Assembly (NCBI GenBank): GCA_964016885.1 | Contig: OZ024745.1 | Span: 43,462,001-43,526,000, forward strand | Reading direction: 5' to 3' | From: Eledone cirrhosa | Lineage: Eukaryota | Length of the DNA stretch: 64,000 nucleotides | Shown: positions 55,223-64,000 of the stretch, one piece after another | Numbering within the stretch: position 1 is the first letter of the stretch | Layout: each line of letters starts with the position of its first letter | Position numbers and translations under genes: made by a program | The notes under the pieces: generated by a model | Told to the model about the DNA's origin: nothing | What the model saw: the letters and a program-made list of their open reading frames with translations, nothing else | Database searches by the model: none

Positions 55223-55225
<3 letters not shown>
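54909..55225 (+). mobile_element. tRNA-derived SINE, family 2, with RTE-derived tail
   Basis: A box TGGCTTAGTGG, B box GAGTTCAATTCT and core TCCTTGAGCAAGACACTT. The 3' part matches LINE 3' UTR 59410-59660. Confidence 0.9.
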
Positions 55226-55273
<48 letters not shown>

Positions 55274-55661
55274 ATAATATATATATTATACACACACATA
55301 TATATATATATATAAAACATTTTCACCAGTTATAATCATTTCTACTGTAGGAACAAGGCATGAAATTTGGGGTTTAGGGTTCAGTTGATTGCATTGATCC
55401 TAGTACACAACTGGTACTTAATTCATCGACCCCAAAAGGATGTAAGGCAAAGTTGAAATCGGCGGAATTTGAACTCAGAACGGAAAAATGGAAGAAGTAC
55501 CGTTAAGCATTTCGCCAGATGTGCTAACGATTCCACCAGCTCGCCACCTTATTTTCACCAGTTATAATGCAATATGAAATATTGGTTCTACCACGGGCCA
55601 CATGTGTGAGCCCCCTGTTGAAGATAAATAGATAGATAGATAGATAGATAGACGTGTACCA

Positions 55662-58600
55662 CTAGAGCTGATTCAAATTTTCCCAGCCAGCCATCCACCT
55701 AATCTACGAAGGTATTTTAGCCTACATATTGTCGTTAATATTATGATGTTCCCTGCTGTATTAGCGTTAAATTTTCCCTGCTGTATTAGCGATAAATTTT
55801 CGAGGGTTTCTCTTAGTAGCTTTTTCATGTCGTTAATATTATGATGTTCCCTGCTGTATTAGCGTTAAATTTTCCCTGCTGTATTAGCGATAAATTTTCG
55901 AGGGTTTCTCTTAGTAGCTTTTTTCATGACGTTATTATTGTTAATTTTACTGATGTAGTATTAACTTGGATATTTACCATGCGACCCTCAGTTCCTACCT
56001 CACAATTTCCCTCCCCCCCACCCCCACACACCACCATAGTCTATTCGACCAATCAAACCTAGCATGCCATTTCCACTGCTGCTGCTGCTACTACCTGCCT
56101 AACTAACTCTCTCCTCCTCTGGCGCATCCCAACACACCCTGCCATTACCCCACCACCACTGTCCTTCTAGCCCTCAATTTTCCCACCGTTAGGGATGGAT
56201 GAGCTGGGAATACACGAGCAACTCTGAATCAATAGATGAAATATGAATCTGCGAGCTACCAAGCACCCACGTGAAGCGCCAACCCAGAGACCCTCCCCTA
56301 CGAGTGTCGACAAATGCCCAAAACTCCGAGTTGGTACCATCAATGTAGGCTCAATGAAAGGAAGAGCAGGAGAAATCGTAGAAATGCTAGAGCGAAAGGA
56401 AGTTGATGTATGCTGTGTGCAAGAGACTAGATGGAGAGGAGGGTCTGCTAGAGTCCTTGTAGGAAAAAGCCAGTGCTACAAATTTTTCTGGGTGGGAAAT
56501 GACGATGGGATGGGTGGTGTAGGTATACTATTAGCTGACAAGTGGGTAGATAAAGTAATCTCAGTGTACAGGGTAAATGCAAGAATCATTAAACTCAGAC
56601 TAGTCCTGAATAAGACAATTACCACAATAATATCAGCTTACGCACCCCAATCGGGGCTGCCAGACGAACTTAAGGATAGGTTTTACGAGTCCCTAATACA
56701 CACTACTGCTCTAACAGACGACAAGGACTTCCTAATCATTGCAGGAGATTTTAACGGACACGTAGGTAAACATTGCGACGGCTTCAATAGAGTACATGGA
56801 GGCCATGGAGTTGGCACAAGGAATGAGGAAGGATTCAGACTTCTAGAATTCTGCGACGCCAATGACATGTCGATATGTAACACAAACTTTAAAAAACCCG
56901 ACAACCACCTGATCACCTATAGATCAGGGGAGCACTCTAGTCAGTTAGATTTTATCCTCATCAGAGGACGTGACAGATGGACGGTCGTAAACACAAAAGC
57001 CTTCCCTAGTGAGGAATGTACATCCCAACATAGCTTAGTTGTCAGCGACCTCACGGTCAGAACTAGACGAGCCCTGAAACAGAGGCCAACCTGGAGAAGA
57101 AAGATCTGGAAGCTGAAAGTCCCCTCAACCAGTAACAGATTTAAAGATATTTTACTCAACGCCTACGACAGTAAAGAAGAACAGATAGAGACATTTAACG
57201 TAGAAGAGAACTGGGAGTTCCTAAAAAATAACTTACTAGAGGCGACGGATGAGGTTTGTGGCTGGAGTAAGACCTCAAGCAGGAGGAGAGTGACTTGGTG
57301 GTGGAACAATAAGGTAGATGAAGCAGTCAAGGCCAAGAGACAGGCATGGAAAGAATGGAAGAACGGGGGGAGCAGGGTACATTACATAGAGACCAAGAGG
57401 GAAGCTAGGCGACAAGTATACTTAGCTAGGAGGGAAGCAGAGGATAGAAAATTCAAGCATGTTTTACAACGTGAGGACCAGAAACAGGAGGTATTCAAGA
57501 TTGCGAGGCAGTGTGTCAGAGATAGTTGTGATGTCATTGGAGAGAAGTGTATCCGGAATGATAAAGGTGAGCTTGCCCTCACAAGTGCTGAGAAGAAAGA
57601 TGCATGGAAGAGTCATTATGATAGATTACTAAATGAGGAGAATGCATGGGAAGAAGAGACCCTACCCCACGTAGACCCTATAGAGGGACCAGCAGTACAA
57701 GTCAGCGGCAGCGTAGTAAGTAAGGCAATCAGAGATATGAAGATAGGGAAGGCAACCGGTCCATCGGGTATAGCTGCCGAGATGCTGAAGGCATCTGGGT
57801 CTGTAGGTCACACTATAACCACACGTATCGTTAACCAGGTAATACTAGAGGGGGCCATACCAAAAGATTGGTGCAGTAGCATCATTGTCAACTGCTACAA
57901 AGGTAAAGGCGATGCACTAGATAGAGGAAACTATAGAGGTATAAAGTTGATGGACCAGGTCATGAAAGTAACAGAAAGAGTTATAGCACAGCTGATTAGG
58001 GACCGGGTGAATATAGACGAGATGCAATTTGGGTTTGTTCCAGGGAAAGGCACCACTGATGCGCTCTTCCTTGTGAGGCAATTACAGGAAAAGTACCTAG
58101 CTAAAAGTAAGCCACTCTACTTGGCATTTGTCGACCTTGAGAAAGCCTTTGACAGAGTTCCACGTGCAGTAATCTGGTGGGCTCTTAGAAAACTAGGAGT
58201 AGATGAATGGCTTGTGAAAGCGGTACAAGCCATGTATAGGGGAGCAGTCAGCAAAGTTAGGATTGGCAATGAGTATAGCGAGGAATTTAGCGTACAGGTT
58301 GGGGTCCACCAGGGCTCTGTTCTTAGCCCTCTCCTGTTCATCATAGTCCTGCAGGCAATAACGGAGGAGTTTAAGACCGGATGCCCATGGGAACTCCTGT
58401 ATGCTGATGACCTCGCACTCATAGCTGAATCTATGGTAGAACTAGAGAATAAATTCCAAACCTGGAAGCAGGGACTAGAGAGAAAGGGCCTCAAAGTCAA
58501 CATGACAAAGACTAAGGTCCTTATAAGTAGACGAGAAAACAGAACCCAGATCCCCTCAGGGAAATGGCCTTGCTCAGTATGTAGGAAAGGTGTAGGTAGG

Positions 58601-59667
58601 AACTCCATTCTTTGCCCCAAATGCAAACAATGGGTACACAAGAGATGTAGCGGGATCTCAGGAAGCTTAATTAAGAATGTAGGATTCACATGCAGCAGCT
58701 GTGCTGAAACAGCAAGCAAACAGCCACAGGAAACAAGTACCACCAATCTCTGGGAGGGCCCTGTAGAAACAGTAGACAGCTTCTGCTACCTAGGTGACCG
58801 AATTAGCAACGGAGGTGGGTGCTCAGAAAGTACAATAACTAGGGTAAGAACGGGATGGAAGAAGTTTAGGGAACTACTACCACTGCTAGCTGCAAAAGGC
58901 TTCTCCCTCAGAATGAAAGGCAGACTGTATGATGCGTGTATCCGAACAGCGATGCTGCATGGTAGTGAGACCTGGGCGCTGAAGGTGGAAGACTTACGTA
59001 GATTAGAGAGAAACGAAGCCTGCATGCTCCGATGGATGTGTAACAGTAATATACGTGAACGACAAAGCATAAATGAATTGAGAGAGAGACTGAGCATAAG
59101 AGGAATCAAATGCTGCGTGCAGGAGAGGCGGTTACGCTGGTATGGACATGTGATGCGTATGAAGGATGACAGCTGCATAAAAAGGTGCAGAGCACTAGAA
59201 GTTGATGGAAACCGCGGAGTGGGGAGACCCAAGATGACTTGGGATGAGGTGATAAAAGCCGACCTTACCCAACTACACCTCTCAAAGTCAATGACACACG
59301 ACCGTGACTTCTGGCGTCACGCAGTAATACAGGGTACCCGACCTCCCATGGGTACATGCTGAAGCATATAAACGATATGCCCCCCCCCCCCCCCCACCGC
59401 AAGGTGGTCGTGGAGGTGCCACGGCAAAAAAGCACCCAGCCCACACTGTAAAGTGGACGTGTAGGCGCCACGAAAAAGCACCCAGCACTCACTGTAAATG
59501 AGGTTGGTGTTAGGAAGGGCATCCAGCTGTAGAAATCAAGCCAGATCAGTTCCTGTATGAGCAAGGCATGGTCAGCCGACCAGACACTGCCCACAACAGG
59601 ACAACCCGTCTAACCCATGCTAGCGTGGAAGAACGGACGTAAAACGGTGATGATGATGATGATGATG
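55662..59667 (+). mobile_element. Apparently full-length RTE-clade non-LTR retrotransposon
   Basis: About 580-bp 5' region, a single intact ORF, about 300-bp 3' UTR and a (GAT)n tail at 59648-59667. The 5' boundary is inferred from the end of the palindrome arm. Confidence 0.92.
56243..59362 (+). CDS. RTE LINE ORF: APE endonuclease, reverse transcriptase and inserted PHD finger (1039 aa)
   Basis: APE motifs TINVG, VQETRW, YAPQ, GDFNGH, LDFIL, SQH. RT motifs NYRGIKL, QFGF, DLEKAFD, GVHQGSVLSPLLF, YADD, FCYLG. C-terminal RRLRWYGHV and GRPKMTW. Confidence 0.97.
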   Translation: MNLRATKHPREAPTQRPSPTSVDKCPKLRVGTINVGSMKGRAGEIVEMLERKEVDVCCVQETRWRGGSARVLVGKSQCYKFFWVGNDDGMGGVGILLADKWVDKVISVYRVNARIIKLRLVLNKTITTIISAYAPQSGLPDELKDRFYESLIHTTALTDDKDFLIIAGDFNGHVGKHCDGFNRVHGGHGVGTRNEEGFRLLEFCDANDMSICNTNFKKPDNHLITYRSGEHSSQLDFILIRGRDRWTVVNTKAFPSEECTSQHSLVVSDLTVRTRRALKQRPTWRRKIWKLKVPSTSNRFKDILLNAYDSKEEQIETFNVEENWEFLKNNLLEATDEVCGWSKTSSRRRVTWWWNNKVDEAVKAKRQAWKEWKNGGSRVHYIETKREARRQVYLARREAEDRKFKHVLQREDQKQEVFKIARQCVRDSCDVIGEKCIRNDKGELALTSAEKKDAWKSHYDRLLNEENAWEEETLPHVDPIEGPAVQVSGSVVSKAIRDMKIGKATGPSGIAAEMLKASGSVGHTITTRIVNQVILEGAIPKDWCSSIIVNCYKGKGDALDRGNYRGIKLMDQVMKVTERVIAQLIRDRVNIDEMQFGFVPGKGTTDALFLVRQLQEKYLAKSKPLYLAFVDLEKAFDRVPRAVIWWALRKLGVDEWLVKAVQAMYRGAVSKVRIGNEYSEEFSVQVGVHQGSVLSPLLFIIVLQAITEEFKTGCPWELLYADDLALIAESMVELENKFQTWKQGLERKGLKVNMTKTKVLISRRENRTQIPSGKWPCSVCRKGVGRNSILCPKCKQWVHKRCSGISGSLIKNVGFTCSSCAETASKQPQETSTTNLWEGPVETVDSFCYLGDRISNGGGCSESTITRVRTGWKKFRELLPLLAAKGFSLRMKGRLYDACIRTAMLHGSETWALKVEDLRRLERNEACMLRWMCNSNIRERQSINELRERLSIRGIKCCVQERRLRWYGHVMRMKDDSCIKRCRALEVDGNRGVGRPKMTWDEVIKADLTQLHLSKSMTHDRDFWRHAVIQGTRPPMGTC

Positions 59668-60305
59668 TGGAGCGTTGTTATTTAGCGTTGTTGAAAAGAG
59701 CTGTGGCCTTTGACCTGGCAATAAAAAAACTGTAGACAAAATTCTTTCTGTACCAAGGCACACACACACACAAGTTTGTGTGTGTGTGTGTGGGTGTGTC
59801 TATCTATGTTTATATATAAGGGATAAAAATATTGCTTTCTCAGTCACCAAGCTTCTCAATTCATTCCTTACTACTTATTTTGCTACGAGGTATATTATTT
59901 TGCAAGGTACTATTTTTCCCCTCAGTTTGTGATTTCAGAGAAAGGTAAGAAATTCTTTATATTTTGCATCTTTTGTATTTTGACTTTGCAGTTTCAATTG
60001 TCTATCCACTCAAAATATTACACCAGCTAACAGTGAAATATAGAATTTAAAAAAAAAAAGCTTTTTCGACTGAGATCAAATGTTTTTTTTTATTTCAAAA
60101 ATATATAATTTGAAATAGCTTGCTTTTGTTTTGGACTGAAACTATTTTGTATTTAATTCGTACGAGTATTTTTTAAAGAATCTAAGATAACTTGATTTGG
60201 CCCAGTAATCTACTGATATCAAAATCAGTAGTATATTGAAAAATATACGTTTCGTGATTTCGAGAGGCAAAAGGGGGCGTTTGGTCAAAATGGGTTGAGA
60301 ACCTT

Positions 60306-60828
60306 TGTTCTAAATGATAGTATTTACTAAAATTCTGGTCATACAGTATGAAGTTATAAATACATTAAACAAAAGTAGTTAAAATATATAATTAAACTAA
60401 ATGTTCAAAAAGCTGACAATGTTCCTCAATATATTTTTAAGTTCTATCAAAAACAGAATAACATAAATATTGACACAAGTTGACATTGATTTCTGCACAA
60501 GAATTCACTATTCTTGCTTTAAGCTGCTGAAAACTTCTCAGTTTTTTAACAGAGACTGAATTCTTCAGTACACCCCAAGTAATAAAGTCAAGAGGTGTAA
60601 GATCAGGAGATTGAGTAGGATACTCGATAGCACCATGGTGTCTGATCCATCTGTCTGAGGAGGCACTGTTATGCTGAACCACATCACATGAGCATGTGAC
60701 CATTTTGTAAAACTTGGCAGTAAATCAATGTTGATCACACACAAATAAACAGATGTTCAAAACGTTATCTGTGAACCTTACAATAAAAATGCATTGACCG
60801 TCCAGTTACTTATGACTCACCCTGTATA
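60306..60828 (-). mobile_element. Tc1/mariner-superfamily DNA transposon remnant
   Basis: Minus-strand SPDLTPLDFITWGVLK transposase C-terminal motif, and terminus TA-CAGGGTGAGTCATAA at 60826-60810. Confidence 0.82.
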
Positions 60829-60844
60829 TTTGTCATTTACCTAG

Positions 60845-61005
60845 ATCGGTTGTGCTTCCATTAAAGAAGACAAAGAAGCATTTGCTATAGTTCCAGTTTC
60901 ACCACAAGAAGTTCGTGATCTGGATTTTGCCAATGATGCCAGTAAAGTTCTATCCAATATTGCAATGAAGCTGGAATCTGGTTCAATAACTCAGAATCAA
61001 AGAAG
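60845..61005 (+). CDS. ITPR: IP3 receptor coding exon I
   Basis: tacctAG|...AGAAG|GTttgt, 161 nt. [53 protein letters not shown]. Confidence 0.97.
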
Positions 61006-61089
61006 GTTTGTTCTAATATTTGTAGTTTTTATATTTTGTCAAATTATAACAATTTATAAAACCTTACATGAAACTTATGTTTTGTCATT

Positions 61090-64000
61090 ACTATGTCGCA
61101 TCACCATTATTATTATAAGCCAGATACCCCCCCCCCAACGCATCACCATTATTATTATTACGCGGACCTATCATAAGCCAGAGGCCTATACTATCGCTTG
61201 CCCGGTTGCCTTCGATATATGATGGATGGATGGATGGATGGACGGACTGCGGAATCCTGGAGAGTGGAAGGGAGAGAAAAATCTGGACGCTCAGAGCGAA
61301 AATGCCAAAGTTAAAGTCAAATTCACCTCGTGGACGAGAATGGGAGCACTTCTCTTTGTTTCGTCCGCGGATGGCTAACATAACCCCATCTCCCCCCACC
61401 CCCCACCGCCCACACCCCCACCCCCACCCTCCAAACGCAATCCAAAACTTCAGAGTTGGTACCATAAATGTAGGCACCCTAAAGTGTCGCGCTAACGAGG
61501 TTGTAGAAATGCTTGAACGTAAGGAGGTCGATGTTTGTTGTATTCAAGAGACCAGGTGGAGGGGTGGGTCTGCTAGATTCATTGAGGGTAAAAAACGATG
61601 TTATAAGCTTTTCTGGGTGGGAAACGACGATGGGCTGGGTGGAGTAGGAATCATGGTAGCAGAAAAGTGGGCAGATAAGATAATAGATGTAAATAGAGTG
61701 AACGACAGAATAATTAAAATACGACTTGTCCTCAATAGAACTACGGTGACAGTAATATCTGCGTACGCACGCCAATCCGGACTGCCCGGCACTATAAAAG
61801 ACAGATTCTATGAGACACTGTTGCTAACTACCTCCCAAATATCTGACAGTGACTATATAATTATTGCAGGCGACCTAAATGGTCACGTTGGACAACATTG
61901 TGACGGCTACGACGAAATCCATGGAGGCTATGGGTTTGGTACTAGAAATGAGGAAGGCTCCAGAATCCTGGAATTCTGTGATGCAAATAACCTAACTATC
62001 TGTAACACTAACTTCAAAAAACGTGACAATCACCTGATCACCTATAGATCCGGGGAACACACAAGCCAGGTAGATTATATCCTTACCAGAAGACGTGACA
62101 GAGTGTCTGTTGTAAACACTAAATCCCTCCCCCATGAAGAATGCACCTCCCAACATAGACTGATAATTAGCGACCTCATAGTCAGGACGAGACGTACTCG
62201 ACAGCAGAAGAGGACTATCCTCAGGAGGAAAATATGGAAGCTAAAGGACCCCACAGCCAGAAATAAATGTCAAAGCATATTACTTGATGCTTTCGACAGT
62301 AAGGAAGAACATTTAGAGTCGGACAATATAGAGGGACAGTGGGAATTTCTGAAAGCAAACCTGCTGTTGGCGACAGACGAAGTCTGTGGCTGGAGCAGGC
62401 CTGTAGGCAGGAGGAGAGTAACATGGTGGTGGAACAGTAAGGTGGAGGGGTCAATTAAGGCCAAAAAGCAGGCTTGGAAAGTATGGCGGGATGGGGGAAG
62501 TAGAGTAGACTATCAAGTGGCCAGGAGGGAAGCTAGGAGAGAAGTGTACTTAGCAAGAAGGGAAGCTGAGGAAAGAAAGTTCAAGCATGTTCTACAACGC
62601 GATGACCAAAAACGTGAGGTGTTCAGGATTGCTAGGCAATGCGTCAAGGAAAACCGTGATATTGTCAGGGAGAAGTGTGTACTTAACGATGATGGCATAC
62701 TTGCCATCACCGACACTGATAAGAAGGTAGCTTGGAAGTGTCACTATGAAAGGCTACTAAATGAGGAGAATAAATGGGAGAAAGACAGTCTCCCCCATAT
62801 CGACCCAATAGAGGGACCAGCAGTGTTAGTCGAGGGGAGTATAATAAGTAAGGCAATCAAGGATATGAAGACGGGTAAGGCGGCTGGGCCTTCGGAAATA
62901 GTTGCTGAGATGTTGAAGGCATCTGGCACAGTGGGACACGCCATGGTCACCCGCATAGTTAACCAAGTCGTACAGAATGGGGTTGTTCCGAAGGACTGGC
63001 ATAGCAGCATCATCGTTAACTGTTATAAGGGTAAAGGAGACGCCCTAGATAGGAGTAACTATAGAGGCATTAAATTAATCGACCAGGTCATGAAGGTCAC
63101 GGAAAAAGTAATAGCGCAACTAATCAGAGAGCGAATTGATCTAGATGAAATGCAGTTCGGGTTTGTGTCAGGCAAAAGTACCACAGACGCTCTTTTCATA
63201 GTACGACAACTACAGGAGAAGTACCTAGCTAAAGGTAAACCCCTCTACTTAGCTTTTGTCGACTTGGAGAAAGCCTTCGACAGAGTCCCCCGCTCCATTA
63301 TCTGGTGGGCTCTTAGAAAACTAGGCGTTGACGAATGGCTTGTGAGGGCTATACAAGCCATGTATAAAGAAACAGTCAGCAAGGTTAGAATTAACAACGA
63401 ATATAGTGAAGAGTTTAGCGTAAAAGTTGGCGTCCATCAGGGCTCTGTTCTCAGCCCCCTACTATTTATTATTGCCCTTCAGGCTATAACAGAGGAGTTC
63501 AAGACAGGCTGCCCATGGGAACTCCTATACGCAGACGACCTGACACTCATAGCGGAATCAATGGGCGAGCTAGAGAAGAAATTCCAAACATGGAAGCACG
63601 GCCTAGAGTCAAAAGGACTTAAAATTAACCTGGCTAAGACCAAAGTTCTAGTTTGTAGGAAAGAAAACAAGGCGGCAGTCCCTTCTGGGAAATGGTCGTG
63701 CTCGGTGTGTAGGAAAGGCGTAGGTAGAAACTCCATTTTATGTCCTAAATGCAAAGTATGGGTGCATAAAAGATGTAGTGGGATCACAGGTAAGCTAACT
63801 AAGAACATAGATTTTACATGTGGCCGGTGTTCTGGTGCAATAAGTAGCAGCAAGTGCCCACAAAATACTAGCTCTTTCAATTGCGCAGAGGGTTCTATAG
63901 AAATAGTGGACAGCTTCCGTTACCTGGGCGATAAAATCAGCAGTGGGGGAGGGTGCTCTGAAAGTACTGTAGCTAGAGTCAGAACTGGTTGGAAAAAGTT
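61090..64000 (+). mobile_element. Second RTE-clade LINE (sister subfamily), runs off window
   Basis: GC content shifts about 85 bp after exon I. Its 5' region differs from the first element and is followed by a long open frame homologous to 56243-58870. Confidence 0.93.
61371..64000 (+). CDS. RTE LINE ORF (APE, RT, PHD), partial, open to window end
   Basis: Manual translation from ATG 61371 (MANITPSPP...FRVGTINVGTLK...GDLNGH...DLEKAFD...YADD...CSVC...HKRC...CGRC...FRYLG...RTGWKK) found no stop before 64000. It is probably absent from the ORF track because it has no stop codon in the window. Confidence 0.93.
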   Translation, partial: MANITPSPPTPHRPHPHPHPPNAIQNFRVGTINVGTLKCRANEVVEMLERKEVDVCCIQETRWRGGSARFIEGKKRCYKLFWVGNDDGLGGVGIMVAEKWADKIIDVNRVNDRIIKIRLVLNRTTVTVISAYARQSGLPGTIKDRFYETLLLTTSQISDSDYIIIAGDLNGHVGQHCDGYDEIHGGYGFGTRNEEGSRILEFCDANNLTICNTNFKKRDNHLITYRSGEHTSQVDYILTRRRDRVSVVNTKSLPHEECTSQHRLIISDLIVRTRRTRQQKRTILRRKIWKLKDPTARNKCQSILLDAFDSKEEHLESDNIEGQWEFLKANLLLATDEVCGWSRPVGRRRVTWWWNSKVEGSIKAKKQAWKVWRDGGSRVDYQVARREARREVYLARREAEERKFKHVLQRDDQKREVFRIARQCVKENRDIVREKCVLNDDGILAITDTDKKVAWKCHYERLLNEENKWEKDSLPHIDPIEGPAVLVEGSIISKAIKDMKTGKAAGPSEIVAEMLKASGTVGHAMVTRIVNQVVQNGVVPKDWHSSIIVNCYKGKGDALDRSNYRGIKLIDQVMKVTEKVIAQLIRERIDLDEMQFGFVSGKSTTDALFIVRQLQEKYLAKGKPLYLAFVDLEKAFDRVPRSIIWWALRKLGVDEWLVRAIQAMYKETVSKVRINNEYSEEFSVKVGVHQGSVLSPLLFIIALQAITEEFKTGCPWELLYADDLTLIAESMGELEKKFQTWKHGLESKGLKINLAKTKVLVCRKENKAAVPSGKWSCSVCRKGVGRNSILCPKCKVWVHKRCSGITGKLTKNIDFTCGRCSGAISSSKCPQNTSSFNCAEGSIEIVDSFRYLGDKISSGGGCSESTVARVRTGWKK

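Noticed and set aside
56683-59232. Antisense ORFs inside the LINEs (also 61091-63880)
   Set aside because: These are shadow frames of the sense RT ORF with no independent motifs.

Overview
This is AT-rich, microsatellite-laden eukaryotic DNA. The repeat families point to an octopod cephalopod, which is an inference. The whole window lies inside one + strand gene, an inositol 1,4,5-trisphosphate receptor (ITPR). Nine consecutive coding exons (6013-61005) splice in frame and encode part of the suppressor domain, the MIR/beta-trefoil IP3-binding core and the start of the RIH/armadillo region; one intron uses a GC donor. The introns hold: a 53-bp hairpin-forming satellite; two RTE-clade LINEs with open reading frames (one complete, 56243-59362; one open from 61371 to the window end and missed by the ORF track), both with a C4HC3 PHD finger inserted inside the reverse transcriptase; decayed RTE/BovB/CR1-type LINEs; several tRNA-derived SINE families, one sharing the RTE 3' end; TTAA (piggyBac-like) and hAT MITEs; a mariner remnant; and many fold-back inverted duplications. 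The most notable signals are: ITPR codons that depart from conserved residues and would be restored exactly by A-to-I editing; the PHD-in-RT LINEs; a nested fold-back that loops out the complete LINE between two exons; and hammerhead-like motifs in TA-flanked palindromes. Comparisons to human ITPR1 are from recalled sequence, and no database searches were run.
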